64,000 bases of DNA. It comes from Paramecium tetraurelia (lineage: Eukaryota). Positions 24,743-37,942 of the stretch are shown here, piece after piece. Within the stretch, counting starts at the first letter, position 1, and each line of letters opens with the position of its first letter. A model generated the notes under the pieces. It saw nothing but the letters and a program-made list of their open reading frames with translations, was not told where the DNA came from and made no database searches. The stretch is taken from positions 496,001 to 560,000 of the forward strand of contig CT868019.1 in the NCBI GenBank assembly GCA_000165425.1, written 5' to 3'. The translations under genes were made by a program, and so were the position numbers.

Positions 24743-26864
24743 ATGATTAAAACATATACCTTATAATTTGCTTCTCAGGAGATAGAAGAAATTTATAGGT
24801 AATCTCTATTGACTGGCATTAAACATAGACGCGAATATACTTATGGAATATTAAGTTTATATTTGGGATTAATAATAATAAAATATAATTTGTAAGAGGT
24901 TTTGCTACCATAAATATTTGCAGGAGTTGGTATAGCATTAGAACTGGCATTATTTTTCTTTATGAAGAAATATTGGCAAAACAAAGAAATCCTTATCACC
25001 ATGAATCTGATTTTAATGGCCACAATATGTGAATGTCTGAGATTGTTTGAGTCTTAAGATTTTCTTTGGTATTAGGGCTAACATTCATCCTGTCTTAAAT
25101 TAAGTACAACATAAAGATTAATTTAGTTATTTATTTATAGGGAAGTTAGTTTTTAATTTAATCCTTCATTTTCTGTTGCTCCTAAGCTGTAGCAATTTAT
25201 AACTTAAGTCAATATGATATATCTGCAATCATTTCTCACTGCCTTATCACTTTGATTCTAGTCATGCTTCGTTATCAATACGAAATTATAAATAGAAAGA
25301 ACTTCCTATCCGGACTTTCTAAAGAGCAATATGAAAATGTGATAGAAGACCTATTACCATCATGGGTAGTCGTGCTTAAATATAACAAATTAGCCTCCCA
25401 ACTCTAAATAGAAAAGATCAATAAAAATCTTAAAGAAAAATTCAATCTTCAAAGCAATGAAGCATTAAGAGACTTTTTGAGAAAATTAACCTTATATGAT
25501 TTTGAAGTAGCTGCCTAATCTTCGACTATAAAAATAGAGCATGAAATAATTTAGATATTAAAATCTAAAAGTGAAGATCACCCAGTGCAAAGATACTTTG
25601 GAAATTTGGAAAAGGAGGTCAATTCAAAATAACACAAATTTAAAATTACCTAGGTTTATTTTAAAGCATTCGAACCTTAAGTTATTCTTTTATTCGAAGA
25701 AATTAAAGAAGACAAATACGATTAGTTCTTAAATTAAATTGAATAAAGAGATATTCAGCAACATGTATTGATATAAATTATGCTTAGCACAACTCCAAAG
25801 TAAGCCTATTATCAATTTATTAATAAATGTAACTCATTTAGTAAGTTCATACTTAAACCCAAATGTCCACCTTTATCAAAAAAGACTAATCTTGTGCTAT
25901 TCAATAAAATTTGTAAAAATTAATGTAGCAATGTTATTATTTATACAATCTTAATAATAATTTGTCGAATCTCTACAAAATATCCCACAGATAGATTAAA
26001 TATGAATTTTAAGATTTGTAGACGGAATAATTTTTTAAGACTACTTGTGATAATTTGCTTATTAATTATCAGTAGAGGAGGATTGATATTACCAATTTTT
26101 CAATTAAAAAAGAGATAATCAGAACAGATAAAAATAAGTTAGTATCCATTATTATGAACTTAATGGAATTTATGAAGATTTTACTCTCAATAATATACAC
26201 AGATGAGAGCATTATTTTTCAGATTCATCCATTTAAGAAACCTTTTTCATTATCCATAAAACAATCAAAACTGCAAAATGATTCCATTTTAATAACTTTA
26301 ACTCATCCTAATTTAAACATTCCTAATTCAATTATTAATTTAATCTAAAATATTTAGACAATTTCAATTGATGATAAAAAAAGAAATTGGAACAACAAAA
26401 ACTATTATGATATGATCTCCAGTTTGAATCATACACTTTCTAAAATGATTGATCACTATAAAAATGATATTTAATCTCTTGCAACTATAGGAGTAGAACT
26501 ATAAAATAGCGGATAACAGAATAGAACTCATCAACATACTTAATAGAAATAATTTAATACATTAGGATTTATTATGGCATAATATTTTATTAGTCAATTA
26601 GGTCCTTTTAATAAAATTAACTTCAAATAAGCTCTTATAGAGAATGATATCTTGAATCCCTAATACATTTCGGCCCTTTATCAAACTAAGATTCAATTTA
26701 CAATTTATAAGGACTTGCAAAATTTTTCAAGAGAAATTTCAAAATTAGAAGGAAATAATCTGGATGAGAATTTGTTTTTTTCACAAAAAAAATATAATAA
26801 TTAGCAAATAACAGATAGACTATTTCAAATTAATTTTGAGGATTAGTAAAAGAATATATTTTGA
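24743..26864 (+). CDS. Multi-pass membrane protein of a ciliate family resembling degenerate sensor histidine kinases
   Basis: MIKTYTLQFASQEIEEIYR, several hydrophobic segments, then YENVIEDLLPSWVVVLKY..INKNLKEKF and a long cytosolic region. N-terminus resembles that of 37943-39673. Confidence 0.6.
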
Positions 26865-26899
26865 ATTTTTACAGAAAGGAAAAAATCGCACTAAAAATA

Positions 26900-27785
26900 T
26901 CATTGATGATTTTCATTATCATATTTTATAGAATGATATCTGGAGTATTCAAATGTTTGGTTTTATTGCTAAGATTTATCTAAAATAGTCGTTTCAAATA
27001 TTCCTGATCTTTTAGCCAAAATACTTTTTTATAGACTTTAAGCTCTGGTTTATTATGAAAAAATAAATTTCGATTTAGTCTCTGAATTAGGTATTGAGTT
27101 AAATGAAGTGTTCTTATTATTATGAGAAGAATCATATCTACCCCTTTTCACACTTGTTTAGATATGCTACTAGTAGTCTTATAACATCTTAGATTCGGTC
27201 GGTTATAATTTAAGATTTTGGTTTTTCAAATCTGAATTTTCATTCATTTATTCTTTGAACCTCTTAATAATTTGTTTGAGTTTTTCATTTTTCTAAACTT
27301 ATTTTAATAAAGCTTCTTTAGTGAACATCAATTCCTAAAGTATGCTTAAATAAAATACATTTTCTAAAAATTAATTTGCTTTTGCGAGTGTTTAGACATT
27401 ATGCTTCAATTATTTACATTATTCATTTAAAGTATGACATTCTTATCTAAAGAATACCATTTTGTTTTAAGCATTTACTACCTTTAATGGTTTAATATGA
27501 TTCATTTACTTGGGATTCTTATTCATGAAATGCAACGTATTGATGAAACTTTTCATTAATTCTATCTATGTCTTTCTTCATGTTTTCTAAGACTTGCTTG
27601 AAGGCATTTAGAATGCTGTTTTGTTAAGACTTTAACATATGGTTTACATTTGTGTTTGTTTAATCTATTAAACCTTCCATCTCTTTGCAAAGTTCCTACA
27701 TATTCTTGGCTTGATCAGGGTGGATCTTTTCTAGAGTAGGCAATATTTGTTTATTTTCAGTTATAAAAAGAGGCTACTCCGCCAT
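26900..27785 (-). CDS. Coiled-coil hypothetical protein
   Basis: MAEQPLFITENKQILPTLEKIHPDQAKNMQELCKEMEGLID..; heptad-rich; micro-intron ~27482-27509; 3' end approximate. Confidence 0.6.
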
Positions 27786-27809
27786 TAAATGTTTAATTAA
27801 ATATAAAAA

Positions 27810-28527
27810 TCAATAATCACAATTTTTGCCTTAGACGACAAGCTTTTTTAGAGAGTCATCTGACAAGAAATTATATTAAGGATCTGTGATTTATTTAAAA
27901 AAGCACAGTCTAGGTTTATTATATATAAATAATTCCAAATCGATGTTTTTATTATTCATTGCTATAATAAATCTTTGAATATCGTTTCTTAAATCAGGTT
28001 TTAATTATTCTAAAATAAATTCATATTAATACTTGAGGAAATTGGAGCTTTGACGCCAAGTTCTTTATAAGAATTTTATAGAAATCCATCAAATTCAGTT
28101 TTATTAATTAGTTCATCGTGAATATATTAACATCTAATCCCATATGGACAATACCCTTATTGGAAGAATCTCTTGCATGGTTTAGTTTTATATTTGGAAT
28201 GCAAATGAGTTTTAGGCTATAATTCAGAATCCCCATGAGCAAAAGAACACTTAATTTTAAATAAACAAATACTTCATAACCATATTTACATCTCCCAGTC
28301 TACACAAAATTCTTGCAGAGTTCTGTTTTTTTCTTTTTAGTATACTCCTCTATGTATTATTTTTTTTCTTGGATAGTTATGAAGTGTTTTTTAGAAGGTT
28401 TAACATTGAGATATTTTAAAGAATTATTTTACTCTATCTCAAAAGTGTTTTCCTCATTATCACTAATATCAGTATCACTGATTGAGAATTCATGCTAGTT
28501 CCTCCAACTTAGATAGGCTATATTCAT
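27810..28527 (-). CDS. Tandem CCCH zinc finger protein (TIS11/ZFP36-like)
   Basis: KTELCKNFVQTGRCKYGYE/CSFAHG and YKTKPCKRFFQQGYCPYGIRCQYIH (C-x8-C-x5-C-x3-H twice); 23-nt intron 28250-28272 inside finger 1. Confidence 0.9.
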
Positions 28528-28990
28528 TTATACAATTAAGTTATATAAAAATATTTATACAGAAAAATCTTCTAAAATAAATATATAAACTCCAAAGAAT
28601 TACATCCAGTAATAACAAAAGAAAATGAATACAAAAAGTAAATATCAATTAAGCATATATAGAATTGTGTTTTTTCATACATAAACCTTACTGAAAATGA
28701 TAATTATCGTATGCTCCAAGATCAAGAATATAAAATATTGTAAATATAAGTCGAATCTCAATTATTATTCAATTTTGTTAAAATGATAAGAATAACGACA
28801 TACTATTTAGTGTTTCTATAGAAGGTCGATGTTTATCTTTAAAAATTGAGAAATTGAAGATTTACTCATAGAATTTTGATTCTCCTTAGAGAAAACAAAA
28901 GAATAATGAATATTGTATGACTTAAAGCTTGTTAACTTAAATTTATTTGTTTTTGTTTTTATAATTATTATTAATAAAATTGTTTTATCA

Positions 28991-30005
28991 ATGTTAAATA
29001 TGCTTGATGTAATTTCAACATTTTCAATTCACTCTTGCCAAAGTAGAAGGTATGATGAATAATAATTAAAAATATAGAAATAGATAAACTGGAAATTTAT
29101 CAAAGGGATCCACGGCTAGATAATCAACAAGACCAAATTAGAAATTTTACAAAATCCAATTAGATGATTTGCCATTCAAGACTAGTCCAAAAAGTGAACA
29201 AAGAGAGAAAATAGAAATTTAACCAATAAATGAATAAAATAAATAAAGAGAAAATGAAAATGAAAACCAATTTGGAAGTAACTTTTACCCATTGATCAAT
29301 TTTTAAAAAAGTAATTATTAGTGATTAACAAATAAGTCTCCTACCGTCAGTTATTGAAAGAAGGTAAATAATTCATAATTTTTAGTAAAGTTCGAAAAGG
29401 ATATTAAATCTCTTCATCCATCTGACAAACGAAATTTAATAATATACAAAATAATGCGTGAACTTTTTTAGGAACTTTAATTTGAAATACAAAACATATT
29501 GATTTGTCAACATCCAATTTCTAAACTTTTTTATATCTATTTTTCAGATACTGATTATTGTCCAATCTCGAAATGTTGTAATTAAAATGTGGTAATCCGA
29601 ATTGGTGAGGCATTGGGTGGAGAAATCAGATGTTTAAATCCTAAATGTCCTTTGGGAGTATTAACGACATTTGAAATAGAGGAAAAGATTCTTTGGAATT
29701 CCAAATTTTAATAAAAACAAGTCATCTCATCATTAATTTCAAGTGGAAAGTACAGAACCAAGAGTTTACTTTAATCTGTTTAAGTTCCTTAAGATTCTAA
29801 TGCTTATGTGCCGAAATAATAATAAAAATAAAGTTAGAATTCATGGAAAAGATCTTCTACATTTTATTAAAGAGCTAGTTAAACCAATTATGAATAAATA
29901 TACAGATATGAATTGTCAAAAAATTTATTACTCAACTCTTAAATATTTAATAAGAATTTCGATGATTAAATAGATGAAAAATATAAATACAAATGCAAAT
30001 TTTGA
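28991..30005 (+). CDS. Hypothetical protein with a Cys-rich segment
   Basis: ..CQHPISK..DYCPISKCC..EIRCLNPKCPLG..; several probable micro-introns; start uncertain. Confidence 0.45.
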
Positions 30006-30025
30006 TTATTATATTAAATTCTTAT

Positions 30026-33000
30026 TCATTATTTTAAATTTGGAACTAATTCATATGGAACTTTTAAGCAATCAGATGTTCCTTCAACATTTTAAAAATT
30101 GTCTAATTAATTTAATATATATTAGTACTTTCAAAATCTGTTGATTGAAAAAATCTTATTTATAGATTATCAGGGACAATAAAAGAGAAAATCTTAAATC
30201 CATCGATATATTGTGGAATGTCTGGATATTCTCCACATAAATCTAATCTATTTCCTTAGAAATTGCACTAATCATAAACCACAAAACAATCATTCTCCTC
30301 TTATTAACGATTAAATGTTTTTATTCTATCATTTTTTACTAATGGTTTTCTTCCCTATCTAAATTTATATTAAGGATCATTCAAATAATCATGGGTCTTT
30401 TTTTAATCCTCCTGATAAGGTTGAAATTAATTTGGGTCCTAAATTGTTGAATCATAATCAGGATATTATTATACAATATTCTCATATGATTAAGAATAAT
30501 CTGGCTAAAAATCAAGATCGTAGTCTCCATACTTATACCCAACTTAATCTCTATATTATTACATAGATTTTTTCCATTGTTTTTATTATTATTACTTAAT
30601 TGTTAAATCTCTTAAGACTTGATCAGGATCTGTATATCTACCCTTATAAGCAGCAGTTACTCTACTCATTCCATACCCAGTATCAGGATAAAAGTCTCTT
30701 CCAACCCATGGTGAACAATGATAAGTCTATTGCTGATATGGATGCATTTTATAATAAGAGTTAACATGTGGAAAGGGTGAATGATCAATTGATTATTTTC
30801 GATGTCTATAAGGATATCCATTAAAAGGATATCTTACTTATTATCTTCTCATGGTATCATATCTCCAAAATCTATCATCTTCAAACACATCATAAAATGG
30901 ATCTCTTGTTGGATAATTAAAAGGAACTCTTCCTCTTTTTGACTACCTATGTTCATAAAATGGATCGTTCCGTATGTATCTGCCATTAAAATCATATAAT
31001 TCCTCTTCATTTTAATTTTCAATATTTTCTTCTTCTTAATCTTCTGCTTTTTCTTTATTTTTTTTTTATTTTTTTTTATCATTAACTTCAGATTATTTTT
31101 TCGTTGTTTTCGACTTTTACTTATCCTTTTGCTTTTCTTAGGCAGTCTCCTCCTATTCTTCTTAATTTTCATCTTATTATTATTCTTCTTTTGGTTCTTC
31201 ATCCTCTTGCTCCTTAGCTGGCTCTTCGTCCTCTTGCTCTCTTGCAGGCTCTTCATCATCTTATTCTTTTGCTGGCTCTTCCTAATCTTGATCCTATTAA
31301 TTAGTAGATTCATCATTATTCTAATTTTCATTTTCTTCCTAATTTTCCTATTCTTTATCTTTATCTCTATTATTCTTACTTTTTGATTAAGATGGTTTTT
31401 CTTTATTATTTTAATCATCCTCATTATTATTTTAATTGCTCGCTTCCTCCTCCTCTTAATTGGATCCACTTTTATTAGTTTTTGCAGCTTTATTTGAAGG
31501 TGCCTTTTATTATTACTTATCATCCTTATCTTTAGTATTTTATTTTTAAGTAGATGAAGTATTTGGTTTATTTTATTTATTACTTTATGTTTAATTATCA
31601 TTACCTTATTCATTATTACCCCCTTCTTCTTAATCATTTGATAAGCTTTAGGTTTAGCTTTTACTTTATTATTTGTTATTTTGATTACCAGAACTCTACT
31701 TATTTTTATTATTATTATTATTAGGGTTTTAATTATTTTATTATGATTATGATTCATCCTCTCCATATTAGATTTATTATTTTTTAGGGCCTGGGATAGG
31801 ATTTTCTTTTTTATGATCCTTTTTTGATTAACTTTATTGATTCTATGATAATTCATTCTCCTATTAAGAGAAATTATATTCTATAATTATTTTATCAATT
31901 ATTTCTGGATCATTATTATTATACAAAGAATCATTTCTAAAATTCCTACCCCTTAAATTATTTCTTTTAGGAACAACATCTTAGCCTCTAAGATTGAAGT
32001 CTTCATTTTCTTAAATTGAATCATCAAATTAATGATTATGATGATGGAATTAGTGATGATGATGATGGTGACGATGGTGGATTGGTCTTTCGTATTCAGA
32101 GTAAGATTATTCATCTTCATATTAAGTACTTCTAAATTAGTCACTATGATGATGATGATGATGGTGATGGGAATGATGAGGTTCATATTAATCATAATGA
32201 TTTTTTTATCCATATTAAACATCATCTTATTATTAATGTTAATGTTAATGATTATGATCTTTGTTCTGGAAATGTTCTTCTTGATTATTGTTTTTTATAT
32301 TTTAATTTACTAGATTTTCCTATTATCTTCTTGATTAATTATATTCATCAAACACTATGCTTTCAATTTTCTATTCTTGTTATTATTTGTTATTAGAATC
32401 ATTAAAATTAATAGATTCTTGGATTTCTTAAGTTTTTTTTTCATATTAATCTATTTAATTTAGCCTTTATTAATGCTATTATTCTTCAACTTGTAATGGT
32501 TAATCAAAGATATCATCATTATTCACATGTTAAATATCAATCTCTTGTTATACTTCCCTAGGTTATTAATCTTCTTCTAACGGTAAGTCTTTATTAATTT
32601 CTAATTATGCTATGCTTCCTTATGATTAATTGATTTATATGAATTGCACTCCTTCATATTTTTCATTATTATTATTAGAATACAATAATTTTGATTAAGT
32701 ATTGATTTACTGAATTCCTTCATCTATCTTAATTTCTACTTTTTCTTCTATAAATCTATTTTTCTCAGTCTTTTCTTCAATTTTGATTTGTTCTTTGCTT
32801 TCGTTTTATTATTATTAAATAAACAAGGAATTGATTTAAATCATTTTTTCTATACTGTGAATATTTTATGAGATAGCTTTTTAACATTTTAAGTTCTCTA
32901 TAATAAAAAACAATTCTTCTATCAATTAGTTTTGGTTGATATCATTGTTGACTTAAATGAGTATTACATAGTAGTTAAATCTTTATTAATTTTGAACTAA

Positions 33001-34007
33001 CTTAAATTAATCAATAATTTCTACTTGAACTAAATCTAAAATGATAAATCAAATTATCAATGCAAAAGTATTAATCAAATTCCATCATGATATGATTTCT
33101 CTCTTCAGAGTAGCTTATCAATTTTATGCATTCTAATGTAAACTCAATATTAAAATTAATTTCATTCTTCTCCAACTCAATATTGGCAGCATAAATTGAG
33201 TTGATTAGTTTGTAATATTGGATAGATTAAGATGTCTTTAATGAACCTAATTACATTAAGAAATATTTATACATTATTTTATAAATTTAGGAGCAATTTG
33301 TTGTAATTAAACACTTTAAAGCAAGTGAAATAGTTCCTTATCCTTTTTACACTCATTTACTTTGCATGAGATATAGTTTTTTTATATTTGTTAAACTAAA
33401 TTAGTTACTTATGGTTCAGTTCCCTTAAAATCATTTTCAAACAAAGTAGCAAATATGATCTATACAAAATAATCTTATTAATCTTTAAATTTGAAGCTAA
33501 ACTAAAGTCCATTCAGAGTTTCCTGTATTAGTTATTTAATAGACCCTTGCTAATAAATATTTAATAAATGCAAATTTATTATCTCTTATTTATTCTACAT
33601 ATTCACTAATTTAGTTCTTATGTAGACATAATTTCTACCCTCTATAACATATTATTCAATATCATAATTCTTTTCGTATTCAAGTTACATCTAAAATGAT
33701 TATTGATGAATCTTACAACATATTAACTTTTCACTTTTTTATCAATGTAAACTAAAACATCTTAATCAAGTGTATAGTCATTGAATTCATCAAATTTTAT
33801 CAGGTGTCCTTTCTTAGTTCTGAATATTCCAAATTCATTTTGATTAATATTTTCTATCTGCAATACTTCATTAACTTCTTTTGATATTTAACATTGCAAT
33901 TTGCTTGCGATATCTTAGGACTCGTTCAGCATTCCCGGTAGACATTGTATATTTACTGTTAATAAATACAAATACAGAACAACTGTCCGTTTTATATAAA
34001 TTTACAT
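30026..34007 (-). CDS. Secreted ~1,300-aa low-complexity protein (acidic/Gln, poly-His, Tyr/Pro-rich) with C-terminal beta/gamma-crystallin-like domain
   Basis: Signal-like MQIYIKRTVVLYLYLLTVNIQCLPG; His tracts at ~32030-32190; C-terminal CFVVYDQCNFQGNRLDLCGEYPDIPQYIDGFKIFSFIVP..CLKVPYELVPNLKQ-TGA. Single-gene continuity was not verified codon by codon. Confidence 0.65.
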
Positions 34008-34424
34008 TCGATATATAAAAAATAAACTTACAAACCAAATATATTAGTTTCATTGCTAAAGAAATCAATCAAAATAAATGAGTGTTCTTAATATAAATTA
34101 TAAAATATATATATTAAATGATAGACCATATAAGCTAAACAATGTTTTATGATTAGAAATTTACCATAAAGCCTGATTTATTTTTAGTACAATCATGCCA
34201 TTTACTAGCAGAAATATTAAAATTGAAGTGATTTTTGATTTATAGTTAATTTTAATGATTAAAATTGATAAACATAGTTTTCGAGTTTAAATAGCATCTT
34301 TAAGATAAAAGATCGATTGGAAACAAATTTAGAAAAAAAAATGAACCATTATTTAGAACTCATTATCTTCTTGGATTCTAATTTGGAGTTCTTTTGTTAA
34401 TTTTAAATATTCAATATTTAACTA

Positions 34425-34726
34425 TCAATATGGCGCACTAAATCCGGGAGGTGGTAAACCAGTATTTGGGTCAGTATTTTTAGGGCGTCTAAATAATAAG
34501 ATGTGAGGTTCAGGTCTATGAGTTTCATAATGAGCCCATCCTCTAGATTGTTGTACTCCAATTGCTCTCCATTCCATTTCATTTAACAATTTTCCTACAT
34601 TTTACTAGTTAAAGTACCTTTAGTAATTTTTTTGAATATGTGTTTGGGCAAGATAACATGTCTGTATTCATAATAATCATCAAAATATTTGTCAGAATAT
34701 TCTATCTCCTCTGGATAATGAGGCAT
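34425..34726 (-). CDS. CKS1: Cyclin-dependent kinase regulatory subunit (Cks1/Suc1)
   Basis: [57 protein letters not shown]; one 23-nt intron. Confidence 0.95.
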
Positions 34727-35383
34727 ATACTCTACTTCAAATTTTAAATTAAAAATATAATACAATCGTTGAATTAATTTAAAATATATTTATATATCCT
34801 CGACAAATTAAGGAATAGGAAGAAATCCAAAATATATTGTTATACTAGAAATTTATTAAATAAATGATCAAGAAAAACAATTCCCATATTTATAATGTTT
34901 TTTCAACTTTTTTATTTAATTTTAATTTTAGAATAAATAATTAAATATTATTTATTTTAAAAGTTGATATAGATAGATAATTTTGAGGATATCCCTTGCA
35001 TTTTTCTATTATCCACAGGGTAATTAATAAAAGTATTAGTTCTGAATCTAAATAGTAAATAAGATGAGTTCATTCAATACTGTTCATTGATAAAAAAATA
35101 TACTATAAATAATTTAAACTCATTGAATAAGAATATTCTTCTGCACCTTGGCACTTTTTACATTTTAAGCAATTATTTGAACTCAGAAAATATATAATTA
35201 GAGAGTGAAAAAATAAAGTAATGATATCTCAAGAATATCATTTTATATCACTCAATTCTTTGATTTATATCAACACAAAATGATAGGATCTTAAAACAAT
35301 ATCATTCTTGAGAATTATAAAATTCTTAAAAATTCTTATAAATAAGCCATGATTATTCAAGAATTTATTTGATATTTTTATTA

Positions 35384-36635
35384 ATGAAATTCATCTTGTA
35401 ATGCTCAATATGCCTGTAGAATTTAAAAAATCCAGTGTCTTTGAGTTGTGGGCACACTTTTTGCTAAAATTGCATATAAAATTCTTTTGAAACTTAAGAA
35501 TTTTGTGCATGTCCCTTATGTCGTTAACCGGCCTTGCTTAGCAACAATAAAACTGATGAATTATTACCTATTGTCCAATAAATTTACGAATAAGAAGGAA
35601 CTTAAAGTATAAACGATCTTTAAATTAGGTTTATTAAATGAATTTCCTTCTTTAATAATATGTCTTTGTTGTGCTTTAACTCCTATCAATCCAGTGGTGC
35701 TACCTTGCTAACATATGTTTTGTCAAAAATGCATCGAAGAAAGTTTAAAAGAAGAATTATTATGTCCTGCTTGTTCAGATTATTGTTTTAATATCAAAGT
35801 CAATACAAATAAGAAATATAAAGATCTCATCGACTGGTACTTGAAGGAATTCAAAATCGAAGAGGAATAAGAAATGACTTAAGTCTTATAAAACGACAGC
35901 ATATTTGGTATTCCAGTTTTCCATTTTGATTAATCAGTTATTATATATGGATAAACAGATTTTCAATTTCTAGAATTTAGATATTAAGAAATGATAAAAA
36001 TGGTTGGTTCAGGTTCTGGTAACTTTGTTGTATCAAATGACTTGATTAATGGGGATTTAGTTTAAATTAGAAGTATTAAAAAAACAAACAAAGGATATCA
36101 AGTTTAGGTTGATGGAATATCGAGAATTAAAATAAAATAAGTGTATAGTTATATTGATGGAGTTAAAACTTATTATTAGAACTGGAATATCCAATAATTA
36201 TGGCTTTGTGATTGTGAATATGTGAGAGATCAAATTTTCAAAGAAAATTGTTTTTAGCAATACAAATTTATTGTTGCTACCTTGGAAAAATTATATTAAA
36301 ACATTAAATTAGAAGTTAGAGATGTTTTTTAGGCCTTTATGAAAAAGATTACAACTTTATCAAATTCTGAAAGCAGCCTCATCTTACTAGCTTCTCTAAA
36401 TAATAATTTTGAATTAGATTACTATTCAACTGATATTGAAAAAAGAATATAACAAATACAATAACACTTTGCAATATTAGAATAAAAAATAAAAGGACTT
36501 TATGATAAAGACGATTAAATTTAACATGCAAAATTGAAATATGATAGCATTGAAATAGTTTAATACCCTGAATTCGATGTTACTACTCAATATTTTCTTA
36601 ATCTCTTTAATGTTAAGAAAGTTCTTTGTTTTTGA
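35384..36635 (+). CDS. LONRF-like protein: two RING fingers plus a Lon N-terminal (substrate-binding) domain
   Basis: CSICLQNLKNPVSLSCGHTFCQNCI..CPLCR; CLCC..PVVLPCQHMFCQKCI..CPAC; IPVFHFDQSVIIYGQTDFQFLEFRYQEMIK. The 3' end may extend to ~36821. Confidence 0.75.
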
Positions 36636-37248
36636 TTTACTCATTTCATATCTTATAAATAATAGATTAAATTATTGAAATTCATTTAAGATCTTTTTTG
36701 TATTAGACTACAAAAGAAATAAAAAAGTCAAACAGCATATGTTCTATTTTGGCTTATTTTATTAGAATCTTATAAAATTCACTATTTAATCTATTTGATT
36801 TAAGATAGTAATATAATTTGAAATTTATTGATTATAAATTATCTTTATTTTAAGCTAAGCCAAAGTTTAATGCATTCTTAATTGCATCAGTATTATCAGC
36901 AATATTGCAGAAATATAACTAAGAAATATTAATAGAAAATGAAAATAATAAAAAAATATATCTTATAATTATGCCTAACAGTTTTTTCAGAAAATGAAAG
37001 GAAGAAATAGGAATTTCATAGAAGGATTATATTACCACAGAAATTCTAATTAATATAGATTTTATTGAGAATTTTAATTTTTATATATTAAAATAATTAA
37101 TTCCTTTAATTAATGCTTTTATTTTAATAATGTGTAGTATTACATTAATAATCGATATTAAAAACTTAAAGCAATAAAGAATGTTTTTCTCGATCAAAAT
37201 AAACAAATTTTAAGAACACATATAAAACCTAATATTTGTCATCCCTTA

Positions 37249-37554
37249 TCACTTAATCTCTTTTTCTATTTTTGTCAATTGTTAAAAAATTATTTATATT
37301 GACTTTTTCTAAAAGGTTTGAATACATTATTGATATTTGGTCTGATTTTCATCTACGCATTTATAGAGTCCCTATTTCTCTTAATCAAGGCTATTTTTTA
37401 AAGGATCAAAAATAGTCGAGTATTTCTTACAATCTGCTTTATCATTTTCCATACATAATGAGAATGCCTTAACCAATTTGGAAATCGTAGACTTAAATTA
37501 CTTTTCTGTTTATTCATCAATACTATTAATTGCGGCTTCTAATTCTCTGTACAT
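37249..37554 (-). CDS. Small (101 aa) helical protein with two Cys pairs
   Basis: Intronless MYRELEAAINSIDEQTEKQFK..CMENDKADC..CVDENQTKYQQC..KIEKEIK-TGA. Confidence 0.55.
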
Positions 37555-37942
37555 TGTATATATTATTGAGTAAAATTAATTATGAAAATTAATATAGCTT
37601 GTTATAAGTTGTTTCAAAACTTTGGTACTTTTCTTGAGTTCTATAAAATTTTTAAATTTGAATATACAGTTTATTATATATAGGTATATTTAATGTTAAT
37701 AAAAAATCCAAAACATCGAAGCATAACTCAATTTCATTATTCTGAAAAACAAACCAACTTAAAATTAAAATTTATTTATTTATTATACATATTATGAATT
37801 GACTTTCATTTAAATTAAACTAGATATTATCATAAAATTATCTTCAAATTTTGTCAAACCTTGAAATTTTGTTCTTCTGTTATCTTAAATAAAGGCATTT
37901 AAAAGCAACTCTATAAATACAATAAATAAATAATAAGCCAAA

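Noticed and set aside
30849..32313. Lys/Ile-rich and poly-Met/poly-Ile ORFs in the track
   Set aside because: Off-frame or antisense readings of the E/Q-rich and poly-His regions of the 30026-34007 gene.
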